Source: Parcubacteria bacterium C7867-005
GTDB taxonomy: Bacteria; Patescibacteriota; Minisyncoccia; Phycocordibacterales; Zambryskibacteraceae
DNA: 64,000 bases
Direction of reading: 5' to 3'
NCBI GenBank assembly: GCA_001189165.1
Contig: LFCO01000001.1
Location: 221,592-285,591, forward strand
How positions within the stretch are numbered: position 1 is the stretch's first letter; every line of letters begins with the position of its first letter. Below are positions 48,172-57,779 of the stretch, piece after piece. Both the position numbers and the translations under genes were made by a program. The notes under the pieces are model-generated. The model had not been told where the DNA came from and ran no database searches. It was given only the letters and a program-made list of their open reading frames with translations.

Positions 48172-48879
48172 TCAATTTACAACTTCTATAAAATCTTCTA
48201 TCGCCTCTTCTGGATCGCTGGCACCAAAGATGGCGGAGCCTATAACTAGCCGATCAACCCCCCTTTCTATAAGTTGTTTGACGTTATCCATATTAACCCC
48301 TCCATCAACAGAGATGATTGTGTCCTTAAATTTGGCCTTAAGGGAGCTTACTCTATCTAGGACCCTCTCATCAAATTTACTTCCCTGTTTTCCAATCTCA
48401 CTTATGCTCATCAGTTGTATAAAATCTGCTTCCAAAACATGAGGCCATAACCTTTCTAGGTCAGTATCTAAACAAACAGCGATACCTACCTCAACCCCAA
48501 GATGAGATGAGCTCAAAGAAAACCTGTTCCTTAGATCATTTAGTAAGCGACTCAACTCCTCTGGATTATCAAACACCTCTAGGTGCAGGATGATCCTTTC
48601 TGCCCCTGCTTTTATCCAATCATCTAAAAGATCTCCTGCTCCTCTGACCATAAAATGTACTTCAAAACTCACGTCTTCCCAATAAGGGAATCCCTCTGTC
48701 TCTTCTACTATCCTCAAGAATGATCGGATATCGTCGTTGTATGGCCAACTTGATCCAGGAGTAAATGATCCATCTGTCACATCTATATGGACCATGGGTA
48801 GGCGCCCGGCGACGAGGCCCAGCTTCTCCTCAAGGTCCAGAAAATCTTTTGGTATAACTGCTGGGATAATCTCACTCAT
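48172..48879 (-). CDS. rpe: Ribulose-phosphate 3-epimerase
   Basis: HIDVTDGSF, EVHFMV, ISVDGGVN, LVIGSAIF. Confidence 0.92.
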   Translation of the reverse strand: MSEIIPAVIPKDFLDLEEKLGLVAGRLPMVHIDVTDGSFTPGSSWPYNDDIRSFLRIVEETEGFPYWEDVSFEVHFMVRGAGDLLDDWIKAGAERIILHLEVFDNPEELSRLLNDLRNRFSLSSSHLGVEVGIAVCLDTDLERLWPHVLEADFIQLMSISEIGKQGSKFDERVLDRVSSLKAKFKDTIISVDGGVNMDNVKQLIERGVDRLVIGSAIFGASDPEEAIEDFIEVVN

Positions 48880-49352
48880 GTATTCTGAATTCGATCTATT
48901 TTATCTATACGTGGTTGGTGTCTACTTCCTTCGGTGAACGGTGTCTCGAGCCATTCTTTGACAGCCTCTTTCATCTCATCTGCAGTTATAAAACGAGCTC
49001 CTATAGACAAGACATTCCCATTATTATGGTCACGAGAAAGTTTAATGATAGAATCTTTTTCCTCAACAAGGGAAGTAGCCTTACCATAATAAACAGTGGC
49101 TCTAACATGTTTGAATCTATTCGCACACATCGCTTCACCCTGACCAGATCCGCCGAGAACAATCCCCTTTACTTCGTTTGGATGCATAGAAACTTCACGC
49201 GCGACAGGAATGATGAAGTCAGGGAAATCATCTGATTCGTTATATTCAAGTGCACCCTTATCTTCTACTTCATGGCCCATACCCTTTAAGTAGTCAATGA
49301 GCACATTCTTTAGTTCGAAACCTGCATGATCAGCACCAACAAATATTTTCAT
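48876..49352 (-). CDS. rpiB: Ribose-5-phosphate isomerase B
   Basis: GADHAGFELK, GGSGQG, SRDHNNGNVLSIGAR, RHQPRI. Confidence 0.95.
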   Translation of the reverse strand: MKIFVGADHAGFELKNVLIDYLKGMGHEVEDKGALEYNESDDFPDFIIPVAREVSMHPNEVKGIVLGGSGQGEAMCANRFKHVRATVYYGKATSLVEEKDSIIKLSRDHNNGNVLSIGARFITADEMKEAVKEWLETPFTEGSRHQPRIDKIDRIQNT

Positions 49353-49353
49353 A

Positions 49354-49881
49354 TTAATTAAAATTTGCTAATGTGAAAAACACATTGGTTCCTATTAATG
49401 CCAATATAGACAGAGTTACGTATGCTATGTTCTGAACCTTTTCTGATTTGTGTTTAAATATCATTGAAAAAAAGAGGGCTAGACAAAAACTTACCACAGC
49501 GCCCCCAAACAACGATCCACCAGAGAAACTTTCCTCGGTCCATGACACAGCAATAGACAGAGCGAGTACAGGTAGCCCAATTATAATACCCGCTTTTTTT
49601 AGGTAATACATCGCAGAGATTCTGTCCCTGAACTTGCCGTACAAAAATCCCCATAGTGCACCATCTAGAAAAATAAGAATTGCAGATACGGCCATAGAGC
49701 CAGTCGAGTACGGCATGTTCAGAAGCGGCTTTAGAATTACTTCAAAAGGAAAAGTGGCCAGATAAGAAAGTGGTACAGACAACAACAGACCAATCAACCC
49801 GTATGCCACATACTTGAGGCCAAAATACATGACCAAAAACAATATAGCTCCCCGCAACCAGTATCTTTTATTCGTTTCCAT
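49354..49881 (-). CDS. Hypothetical multi-pass membrane protein
   Basis: 175 aa, 5-6 hydrophobic segments, tightly packed between gap and rpiB. Confidence 0.75.
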   Translation of the reverse strand: METNKRYWLRGAILFLVMYFGLKYVAYGLIGLLLSVPLSYLATFPFEVILKPLLNMPYSTGSMAVSAILIFLDGALWGFLYGKFRDRISAMYYLKKAGIIIGLPVLALSIAVSWTEESFSGGSLFGGAVVSFCLALFFSMIFKHKSEKVQNIAYVTLSILALIGTNVFFTLANFN

Positions 49882-49887
49882 TTTATT

Positions 49888-50922
49888 TTACTTAATATTT
49901 TGCCCGGACTTTACTACATGATCAACCAATGTGTTTGTATACCCCATCTCATTGTCATACCAAGCAAGAACCTTGACCAGGTTTCCTCCAACAACACGAG
50001 TGAATGATAAATCTGCTATAGAAGCATGTGCTGCTCCTTTTATATCCGAAGAAACTATGGGTTCAGAAGTAACCTCGAAAATCTTCTTCCACCTATCTGT
50101 CTGAGAAGCATCGGTCATGATCTTATTCACCTCTTCAACCGTAGTGTCTCGCTTCGATATAAATGTGATATCTGCGATAGATCCAACTATTGTAGGAACA
50201 CGTATGGAAATACCATCAAATTTGCCATCAAGCTGAGTGAGTGCCTTGCCTACGGCTATGGCAGCACCGGTAGACGAGGGCACTATATTTTGTGCGGCCG
50301 CCCTGCCCTCTCTATAATCCTTTTTGTTTGGACCATCTACTATGGACTGACTGGCAGTATATGAATGCACAGTATTAAGAATCGCTTTTTCTACACCAAG
50401 AGCCTCATCAAGAATAGCGAGCACCGGACTCGCTGCGTTTGTGGTACAAGAAGCATTTGAGGTGATTTTACAGGCAGCAAACTTCTCTTCGTTTATACCA
50501 ATAAGCACAGTGGCCCCTTCGATTCCCTCTACTGGCTCATCCTTCATAGGAGCCGTCACCACCACTCGCTTGGCCCCAGCATCAAGATGTGCTTTAGCTA
50601 GATCGTATTTGATAAAGAAACCAGTGGATTCTACAACCACATCTATCTGAAGATCTTTCCAGGGTAATTTGGTTGGGTCTTTTTCTGAAACAAACCTGAC
50701 TTCTTTGCCATCTATAACCAATCCTGATTTATCTTGTTTTACTTCTATTTTTAGACCACTCTGACCGTATGTCGAATCAAATCTAAGGAGATAGGCGATA
50801 TTGTCTATATCTCCTAGATCATTAATAGCTACAATTTCTAATTCTGGTCTCTTCTGAGCAAGTTTATAAAACGCTCGACCGATTCGGCCAGCACCGTTTA
50901 CTGCCACTCGTATTGTTTTCAT
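49888..50922 (-). CDS. gap: Type I glyceraldehyde-3-phosphate dehydrogenase
   Basis: VNGAGRIGR, SNASCTTN, PSSTGAA, WYDNEMGY. Confidence 0.97.
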   Translation of the reverse strand: MKTIRVAVNGAGRIGRAFYKLAQKRPELEIVAINDLGDIDNIAYLLRFDSTYGQSGLKIEVKQDKSGLVIDGKEVRFVSEKDPTKLPWKDLQIDVVVESTGFFIKYDLAKAHLDAGAKRVVVTAPMKDEPVEGIEGATVLIGINEEKFAACKITSNASCTTNAASPVLAILDEALGVEKAILNTVHSYTASQSIVDGPNKKDYREGRAAAQNIVPSSTGAAIAVGKALTQLDGKFDGISIRVPTIVGSIADITFISKRDTTVEEVNKIMTDASQTDRWKKIFEVTSEPIVSSDIKGAAHASIADLSFTRVVGGNLVKVLAWYDNEMGYTNTLVDHVVKSGQNIK

Positions 50923-50937
50923 AGAACTTATTATAAC

Positions 50938-53247
50938 CTATTTTACTGCTGCCACCTCCTCTATCTCACAGACACCGCCGGCGCATGCGAGCTCTTTTTT
51001 GACTTCTGTCTCATCAGTCAATTCGTAAGTCATTATCTTAGAGAAATCCAGATCCTTAAACCTAGACATGAGCTCGTTGTACCTCTTTTCGTCTATTTCT
51101 TCGTACGGAGCAAGTTGATATACATGATTGTCTCTGGGTAGGAAAGATAATCCTCCGATGATGTCCCAGTTACCGTACAACCAATGAGCAACTTCTATCC
51201 ATTCGTCTTCTCCAATAGAGACTGTTACGGAAGGGTTGTGTTCGGTGAAATTAACCTTGACCTGCTTCCAATACTCCAACTGTTCAATAGCACTTTGATC
51301 CTTTTTGAATATAGATCCACCGGGTGCTTTTACTGGGAAGTCGATAACAAAGGTAGTGGCACTTTCCATAGATTGTCCAACCTCTGGTGCATATGGCACT
51401 CCCTGATCCCTGAGCATCTTGAACAATGCATCCGTAGCAGAAATTCGAACACGTCTAATATAAAACGGAGCGTGTCTTGGATGCATACCAGAAGAACAAT
51501 CAACTGTCTGAGACAGATTACCAGACGGCTTTGTACAAGTTATACAAGTAGATTCACCGACACCAAACCTCTTGGCAAACATTTTATTTATTCGAATACT
51601 TTCTTTGAGAAGTTTTTGCTGCATTTTTGGATCCCTAACCTTTGGGCAATCCCACTGACCGGTAATAGAAACACCCAGCAATCTTTCTGCTTCACAATTT
51701 TCCTTCCATTCTTTGGACAAATATGGGAAGTAGGTCAAAGTAGACTGGTATGTACCGATGATCGTGGCAACCCTTACTTTTCTTAGGAGTGATTCCTCTG
51801 TATCCTCTGCGCGAGCAACGACTTCTGATAAGTTACAAAACTGTTTGGACTGAAGGATAATTTCTCCACAAGGATTCGTGCCAAGCTGAGGCATGCCTCC
51901 ATATTTCTTCTCAAAATAGGCAACTCGTCGTTCTGGTAGTGTCTTTGGCAAACTTCCAGCATTAAATATACCCCTCTCACCAGATCCAGACTTCATGAGA
52001 GCTATCCATTCTTCTAGAAAATCAGTTGAGGTTGGCTTCTCATCATAAACTGCGGAATTGTTAGCGAGCATCCTCTGTGGGTCTGTATTCCAAAACTGAC
52101 CCTTTTTAGCATCTCTAATTTCATTGTCGTTTAAGTCTGACAAAGAGATCATGGCACTTCTACGAACACCACCTGACACCACTATCTCACCGACCTTGCA
52201 TAAAATGTCGTGGGCATCTATGTTGTTCAGACGCCTCCCCTGTCTTGAAAGTATTTTATTTCTACTGAAAGCGAGTAGTTGTCTGAGTGGTTCTGGTCCG
52301 GATGACTTACCGCCCATGGTTGCGAGCCTTGCTCCAGCTGGTCGCAGTTTAGAGAAATCAAAAGTTACATCTGAACCATCTGCCCAGGTTTTTAGACCAA
52401 AAGCAAAAGCGTCACACCACCCTTCCTTAGAGTCTAGAATTGTATAAACCGGAAGTGTCTTACCTGTTTGTTTTTTGATCTGAGGTAATTGCTGAATATT
52501 TTCACTTTGAACTGACCAACCAGATCCAGTACCGCACATAGAGATATACATCACTTCAGCAAAATCTTGCCATTTGGATGGAGCGATGAACGAACAGTTG
52601 TAAGCACAAACATTTGTTGCTCTGGCAGCTTTGCCTGCGAATTGCAATAGACGCATAGAAGGCATCGCTTCGTGCATCAAGATACCCTGTCTAACTTCTT
52701 CATACTCAGAATCCTTTAATTTTTTACCTAAATTTTCTTTCATGAAGTCCATATATCGACCAACCGTCTCTATCCACGTCTCTCTTCTGCCTTCTTCGGC
52801 TATCCATCTAGAATAAGTTCGGTAGTAAACAAATTCCCCAAGAGGATTTCTGAAAGATTTTTTACTTTCTTCGGCAAGTTTTTTAACTTTTTCTGGAACT
52901 TCAACGCCTTTATATCTCAGCGCCGATCTTTTCTCTCTATATAGGATATAGGCTTTGGCTGTAGAAACATATTCAGAGAGCATAAGCTGTTTTTCTACAG
53001 AATTTTGGATACCTTCTACTGTTGGCACGAAATTTGGGTGTTTTTTGGAAATACGGACCAGGTCAGCGTAAACAGAATTGGCAACCATCTCTGCTTCCTC
53101 CAAAGATCCCTCGCCCGTAGCAATCATGGCTTTGTTTATAGCAGAAACGACTCTCTCTACATCAAATGGGACAACCTTGCCATTGCGCTTTTGGACATCT
53201 TTGATTAGAAGTTTCTTCTGTTCTTTCTTTTTGAGTGCCTTGGCCAT
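50938..53247 (-). CDS. nrdJ: Class II (AdoCbl-dependent) ribonucleotide reductase with N-terminal ATP-cone
   Basis: ATP-cone VQKRNGKVVPFD; YNCSF, VSGGVRRSA, GTNPCGEI, CNLSE, KPSGN.SQ, C-terminal CAGGVC; the monomeric RTPR-like pattern. Confidence 0.88.
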   Translation of the reverse strand: MAKALKKKEQKKLLIKDVQKRNGKVVPFDVERVVSAINKAMIATGEGSLEEAEMVANSVYADLVRISKKHPNFVPTVEGIQNSVEKQLMLSEYVSTAKAYILYREKRSALRYKGVEVPEKVKKLAEESKKSFRNPLGEFVYYRTYSRWIAEEGRRETWIETVGRYMDFMKENLGKKLKDSEYEEVRQGILMHEAMPSMRLLQFAGKAARATNVCAYNCSFIAPSKWQDFAEVMYISMCGTGSGWSVQSENIQQLPQIKKQTGKTLPVYTILDSKEGWCDAFAFGLKTWADGSDVTFDFSKLRPAGARLATMGGKSSGPEPLRQLLAFSRNKILSRQGRRLNNIDAHDILCKVGEIVVSGGVRRSAMISLSDLNDNEIRDAKKGQFWNTDPQRMLANNSAVYDEKPTSTDFLEEWIALMKSGSGERGIFNAGSLPKTLPERRVAYFEKKYGGMPQLGTNPCGEIILQSKQFCNLSEVVARAEDTEESLLRKVRVATIIGTYQSTLTYFPYLSKEWKENCEAERLLGVSITGQWDCPKVRDPKMQQKLLKESIRINKMFAKRFGVGESTCITCTKPSGNLSQTVDCSSGMHPRHAPFYIRRVRISATDALFKMLRDQGVPYAPEVGQSMESATTFVIDFPVKAPGGSIFKKDQSAIEQLEYWKQVKVNFTEHNPSVTVSIGEDEWIEVAHWLYGNWDIIGGLSFLPRDNHVYQLAPYEEIDEKRYNELMSRFKDLDFSKIMTYELTDETEVKKELACAGGVCEIEEVAAVK

Positions 53248-53429
53248 GGGATAGATTGTTTACGCCTTATAATAAAAAACTGCTATAGGTTCTATTGTAC
53301 GAAAAATGCCAACATAAAAGTTGGGGATAACGATTTATTTTTAGAAGCGAAATAGAAATCGACCCATGTAAAGACTCGCTCCAAACCACGCACTAAACAA
53401 ACGTCAGAAATCGATATTTTTTACAAAAA

Positions 53430-53900
53430 TCAAGGATTCAAATAGAAATTATCACCGATTTTTAGACTGTGTTTATCTACAAAACCAGAAGATACTTCTA
53501 GGACCAAATTGGCAGGTAATTTGGGGTAAAAAACTTGAGGAAAAGACCCGGGAGTGACATTTTTCTCTATACTAATCACCTTATCTTTATCAATCCAGAT
53601 TATATCCAGGGCAAACGGCACATCTTTCATCCAAAAACCATATAGATCTGATTTTTCGAAAATAAAAAGCATGCCGTACCCATCAGCGAGTGACCCTCGG
53701 CCACCCAAACCAAGCATCCGCGCATCACTTGTACTGGCTATTTCGACCTTAACATCCGCCTTACCAATAGATACGGTCATATATTCATTTTTTTCTTGCA
53801 TACATGACGCTTTTGAACAGCCATCAAAGACAAAACTGAGACTCAATATCAAAATCAACACAGACACACAGGCAATAGGTATTTTGTATGACAAACTCAT
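53430..53900 (-). CDS. DUF192 family protein, membrane anchored
   Basis: VEIA..R..GL, GMLFIF, FWMKD..FALDIIWI, VLEV; start ATG 53900 behind TATAAT. Confidence 0.88.
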   Translation of the reverse strand: MSLSYKIPIACVSVLILILSLSFVFDGCSKASCMQEKNEYMTVSIGKADVKVEIASTSDARMLGLGGRGSLADGYGMLFIFEKSDLYGFWMKDVPFALDIIWIDKDKVISIEKNVTPGSFPQVFYPKLPANLVLEVSSGFVDKHSLKIGDNFYLNP

Positions 53901-53914
53901 ACATATATTATACA

Positions 53915-53945
53915 AACAAAAACCCCGCAATGCGGGGTTTTTGTT
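53915..53945. terminator. Bidirectional-type intrinsic terminator downstream of the RRM gene
   Basis: AACAAAAACCCCGCA-A-TGCGGGGTTTTTGTT inverted repeat with A/T tails. Confidence 0.85.
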
Positions 53946-53974
53946 ATTTATCCGATTTTACTCGAATAAACTGC

Positions 53975-54259
53975 TTACATAGGACGTCGGTTGTCGCGAG
54001 GGGCGCGAGGTTCAAGAGGACGAGCGATGTTAACGGTGAGTTTTCGACCTTCGAAATCCTGACCATTCCACATGTTGATAGCTGCGTCTGCTCCTGCATC
54101 ATCTGCCATCTCTACGAATCCGAAACCTTTGCTTCTACCAGTCATACGATCGATGATTATAGACGAAGAAACAACGGTTCCTGCCTTTGCGAATGCATCG
54201 CTAAGGGCGCTTTCAGTAGTAGTATAAGGAATACCACCTACATAGAGCTTTGTTGACAT
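53975..54259 (-). CDS. Single-RRM RNA-binding protein
   Basis: RNP2 KLYVGGI and RNP1 KGFGFVEM; DRMTGRS; GRKLTVN.AR. Confidence 0.95.
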   Translation of the reverse strand: MSTKLYVGGIPYTTTESALSDAFAKAGTVVSSSIIIDRMTGRSKGFGFVEMADDAGADAAINMWNGQDFEGRKLTVNIARPLEPRAPRDNRRPM

Positions 54260-54370
54260 ATACTTTTGTGCCGGCCTTTAAGCTAAGTATGTAAGCGCCG
54301 GACCGATCTCATCCCCAACGTCACTCGGAACAAACCGAAAAACATCTAACGAGAAACTTACATACCCCAC

Positions 54371-54399
54371 ATGATAGCGTACTTTGATCTAAAAGTCAA
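54371..54399 (-). promoter_or_regulatory. Promoter of the RRM gene
   Basis: Minus strand TTGACT-17 nt-TATCAT; gives a ~105-nt leader. Confidence 0.7.
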
Positions 54400-54404
54400 A
54401 CAGC

Positions 54405-54893
54405 CTACTTATTGTGGCAGCCGCAGCCACAAGTTCCACCCTCATCCCCGTGTCCACAATCTACACAGGTATTATTGTTGGGCTTACAAACAAAACAGCC
54501 ACAACCCTTTCGGATAGCCCAATTACCAGCTCCAACAGATTTGATAGCTACCAAAGAAGCGAGTAGAAGCCAATCTAGTTCCATTTTAGACCAGCCACTT
54601 CCGAGTTTTACGTGGAAAATCGCCACCAACATCACTACAGCTAGTATTGGTGCAAAAATACAAGTCCAGATACCTAAAATAAGAGCGGCGCCACCGACAA
54701 CCTCCACAGTAGCTACGAGATTCGCAAGCCACGACCATAGGCCGATTGAAGAAAACCAAGCTTGAGTACCAGCCAAGTCTTGAAACTTGGAGACACCATG
54801 ATAAACAAAGATCACACCGGTAATTACCCTAAGAACAAACATCCCCATATTTGGATTGGCACATTTTGTGGCACAACCACACATGCTTTTCAT
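54405..54893 (-). CDS. DoxX family membrane protein with Cys-rich termini
   Basis: LRVITGVIFVYHGVSK, EVVGGAALILG, MLVAIFHV, E.DW, GAGNW. Confidence 0.9.
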   Translation of the reverse strand: MKSMCGCATKCANPNMGMFVLRVITGVIFVYHGVSKFQDLAGTQAWFSSIGLWSWLANLVATVEVVGGAALILGIWTCIFAPILAVVMLVAIFHVKLGSGWSKMELDWLLLASLVAIKSVGAGNWAIRKGCGCFVCKPNNNTCVDCGHGDEGGTCGCGCHNK

Positions 54894-54936
54894 AAGCTAT
54901 ATATTAATTTCTAATACAAGCATTTTAACACAAAAA

Positions 54937-55362
54937 TTATAAAGCCTTATCCTGATCTGATTCCCCTTCTTTTTCCTTGAAATCAAGACAAACAGAGTTA
55001 ATACAATACCTCTTGCCAGTAGTCTTTGGACCATCTTCAAATACATGTCCGAGGTGAGCGTGACATTTGGCACATCGTACTTCGGTCCTTTCCATACCAT
55101 GAGAAGTGTCTGAGTTGAGTAAAATATTCTTTGTATTTACTGGATTATCAAAAGACGGCCAGCCTGTACCAGAATCAAATTTGGCATCAGAGCTAAATAA
55201 CTCATTCCCACATATTTTGCACATATAATTTCCTTTGTCTTTGCTGTATATATGTTTACCAGAAAAAGGGGTCTCTGTATCCCCCTCCACCAAAACTTTG
55301 TATTCTTCTATAGAAAGCCTCCTACGAAGTCCGTCTTTATCTTCTATATCTAGGTCAGTCAT
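54937..55362 (-). CDS. msrB: Peptide methionine (R)-sulfoxide reductase
   Basis: CKIC..LFSSDAKFDSGTGWPSF, RTEVRCAKCHAHLGHVF.DGP, RYCINS. Confidence 0.98.
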   Translation of the reverse strand: MTDLDIEDKDGLRRRLSIEEYKVLVEGDTETPFSGKHIYSKDKGNYMCKICGNELFSSDAKFDSGTGWPSFDNPVNTKNILLNSDTSHGMERTEVRCAKCHAHLGHVFEDGPKTTGKRYCINSVCLDFKEKEGESDQDKAL

Positions 55363-55365
55363 ATA

Positions 55366-56661
55366 TTATTCGGTTTTATTTTCTTCTATCTTATTTTCAC
55401 TCTGTTCTTCTTTTTTCATAAGATTGAAAGCCATTCTTATATACCTCAGTACGTGGTGGCCGACCAGATAGTGAATGACCATCCCTAAAATAATAATCAG
55501 TAACAATATAAGGAAAATCAAAGCCAAGTGCTCCTGAATAAATTTCCACACCAAACCCGGAGGTCTCACGTCTATTTCAGAATCTCTTACATTACCAGCC
55601 TGATCTACAGCACGAACAATCACTCTTAGATTAGTGTTTTCAAGTAATGGAACTTGATATGGACTTTCGGACACTACAAACACAGGGGAAACGGTGGTTG
55701 ATTCACTTTTGTCTATAACCCCAACTTCATAATGATCTAATCCTGAGAGACTGTCGGTTGTAAAGAAAGTGATCAAAGCCCTCTCCACCAAAGATACTGC
55801 GCCGAGGAGATAGTTAATCTGTGGCTCAAAATCAACCGGCGGAGTTGTGTCTACACGTGCTACAAAATGACCTGTATTACCCCACGCCCCATTTTTATTT
55901 GCTTTTATATGAAAGTACCACAAACCATCTTCTAGGTTTTCAAAAGATTTGGTCGTCTCATTAGTATTTATAGTGTTCTCTGGGATAGTTAGAGGTTTGT
56001 TGTCCAGGGCAAAACTAAAACCACTTACTCCTGGATCCCTATCCCAAGAAAAACTCGGACTGTTATTGTTATACCAATTACTCTGGAACTGATGCGTCTC
56101 TGAATAAACCAAAACTCCCTCTGGGGCCTTGGTCAAAATGCTGTACTCTGCCCTACCAAAATCTGTCTTGGCCTCTGTCCCACTTCCGTCATTCAAGAGA
56201 ATTTTGGATGATTCAGAAAATGAAATCCTGGCCTGGCCAGTGTTTTTGGCCTTAAAGGTGATGGTTCCTATCAATCCAGAGCCAGTTGTCACTCCGTTAG
56301 GGATGATGCCTATATAGCTCGCACTGCCCGCGGTGTTGTCATACTTTGGTGGCTCAACCCACACTCCGATTATTGAGGATCCGATCAAAGGTTTTACTAT
56401 AGATAAACGATTGCTGTCGAAATTTATCTTGATCTCTATTCCATTTACACTCGAACCCTTGGTGTTCAGGAGTATAGGGACGTCAAAGAGTGACCCCTCT
56501 ACAAAGCTACCTGTTCTGGGAGAAAATGATACTTCTGCTTTAGATATCAACTTAGAAACATCGATATTTATACTCTGCGCCGAACCAACATCTGGAAAAC
56601 CAAAAGAAAAGGTAAAAACAACCAAAGCCAACAAACATGATTTATATAAAGATATCTTCAT
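55366..56661 (-). CDS. Secreted cohesin-like domain protein with Ig/FN3-like domains and C-terminal TM
   Basis: Signal peptide; F.V.I..NT....VNGIE..I.FD..L.I, WVEPP, GTITFKAK..G.A.ISF...S..LLNDG.GT cohesin-like pattern; DTTPP linker; C-terminal TM. Confidence 0.75.
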   Translation of the reverse strand: MKISLYKSCLLALVVFTFSFGFPDVGSAQSINIDVSKLISKAEVSFSPRTGSFVEGSLFDVPILLNTKGSSVNGIEIKINFDSNRLSIVKPLIGSSIIGVWVEPPKYDNTAGSASYIGIIPNGVTTGSGLIGTITFKAKNTGQARISFSESSKILLNDGSGTEAKTDFGRAEYSILTKAPEGVLVYSETHQFQSNWYNNNSPSFSWDRDPGVSGFSFALDNKPLTIPENTINTNETTKSFENLEDGLWYFHIKANKNGAWGNTGHFVARVDTTPPVDFEPQINYLLGAVSLVERALITFFTTDSLSGLDHYEVGVIDKSESTTVSPVFVVSESPYQVPLLENTNLRVIVRAVDQAGNVRDSEIDVRPPGLVWKFIQEHLALIFLILLLIIILGMVIHYLVGHHVLRYIRMAFNLMKKEEQSENKIEENKTE

Positions 56662-57779
56662 GATTCTTCTACGTCCCTTATCTCTTTGATGATCAGACTC
56701 TCCGCATCTTTTAAATCTTTCTTTATATCTCTTAAATATTGTGCCTCCGCTCTACTCATCTTTGAGTTACCATCTCCTATCTCTTCATTCAAAACCTTAA
56801 ATGAACGCAGAACCACGTCTTCAGCCTCTTTGGCTTCACTACGAACGAATGTTCGTAACTTTTTATTTTTTTTCAGATATTCAAACAATCGGATGATCAG
56901 GTAGATCAACAAGAGAATTAGTAGAATGATCAAAGAGAGAATTCCCCAACCAATATCAGAAAAAACATTTCCAATCCTTACTATTATCTCATTCGAGGAG
57001 GGACTGTTGGTCAGATCTCTCTCTATCACCACAGCAGATACTTTGTATTCACCCCTCCTTAGAGTTTGAGGCACCAGAAGTATAAACTCACCGTTTTCAT
57101 CAGTATCTCCGGTGATAAATATCTTTACACCCTCAACAGAAACAAATGTTAAGAGAACCTTAGATTTTGGATAATTAGATATTCCTGATATCGCTTTTTC
57201 TCCGTATTTGGTAGTGAGCACTATCTCTGGTGACTCCAGCGTCGGTTTTGGTTGTTGCTTTTCTTCTTCGACGACTGGTTTGGGAGCTGGTTTTGATACT
57301 GCCCGAGCCTGCTCTACAGAAAATGTGGCTCCGGTCATGCTGTCAGTGACATCTGTGCCCTGTCCATCATTAGCTAAAACCTGCCCTGACTTAAAAGAAA
57401 TAGACCCAGAACCAGTCTTCACCGCCCTCAGTGTCGCTGTGACGACAGTACCAGAACCTCCAGGGAAGCCACCGAGAGTAACCCCTTCAAACTGAAGAGT
57501 GCCAGCTCCTTGAGAAAAATTTGGCTCTGCGACCCAAAAATTCAATATCGAACCAGCTTTGGATATAGATTCAACCGAAAAAAGGCCCGTGGGGAATGAA
57601 GCCACACCAGATACTGCATTTATAGGTGATCCACTAGACACCACTATACGTACAGTTACCCTGTCTCCGACTTCGAAAGTACCACTGGTTGGACTAATAG
57701 AAAGTGTCGCTGCATCTATATAGATAACTGGGACTACAAAAAGTAGTAAGAATAAAATTATTGTACGGACCTTAGCCAT
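56658..57779 (-). CDS. Secreted cohesin-like domain protein with Ig-like domain, TM and cytoplasmic coiled tail
   Basis: ATLSISPTSGTFEVGD..INAVSG...FP...WVAEP..F.G....G..G..G..F..GQVLANDGQGT; start likely ATG 57779 (track 57794). Confidence 0.78.
   Translation of the reverse strand: MAKVRTIILFLLLFVVPVIYIDAATLSISPTSGTFEVGDRVTVRIVVSSGSPINAVSGVASFPTGLFSVESISKAGSILNFWVAEPNFSQGAGTLQFEGVTLGGFPGGSGTVVTATLRAVKTGSGSISFKSGQVLANDGQGTDVTDSMTGATFSVEQARAVSKPAPKPVVEEEKQQPKPTLESPEIVLTTKYGEKAISGISNYPKSKVLLTFVSVEGVKIFITGDTDENGEFILLVPQTLRRGEYKVSAVVIERDLTNSPSSNEIIVRIGNVFSDIGWGILSLIILLILLLIYLIIRLFEYLKKNKKLRTFVRSEAKEAEDVVLRSFKVLNEEIGDGNSKMSRAEAQYLRDIKKDLKDAESLIIKEIRDVEES

Noticed and set aside
53300-53330. NrdR box upstream of nrdJ
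   Set aside because: The palindrome does not fit the acaCwAtATaTwGtgt consensus well; kept only as an unassigned candidate operator.
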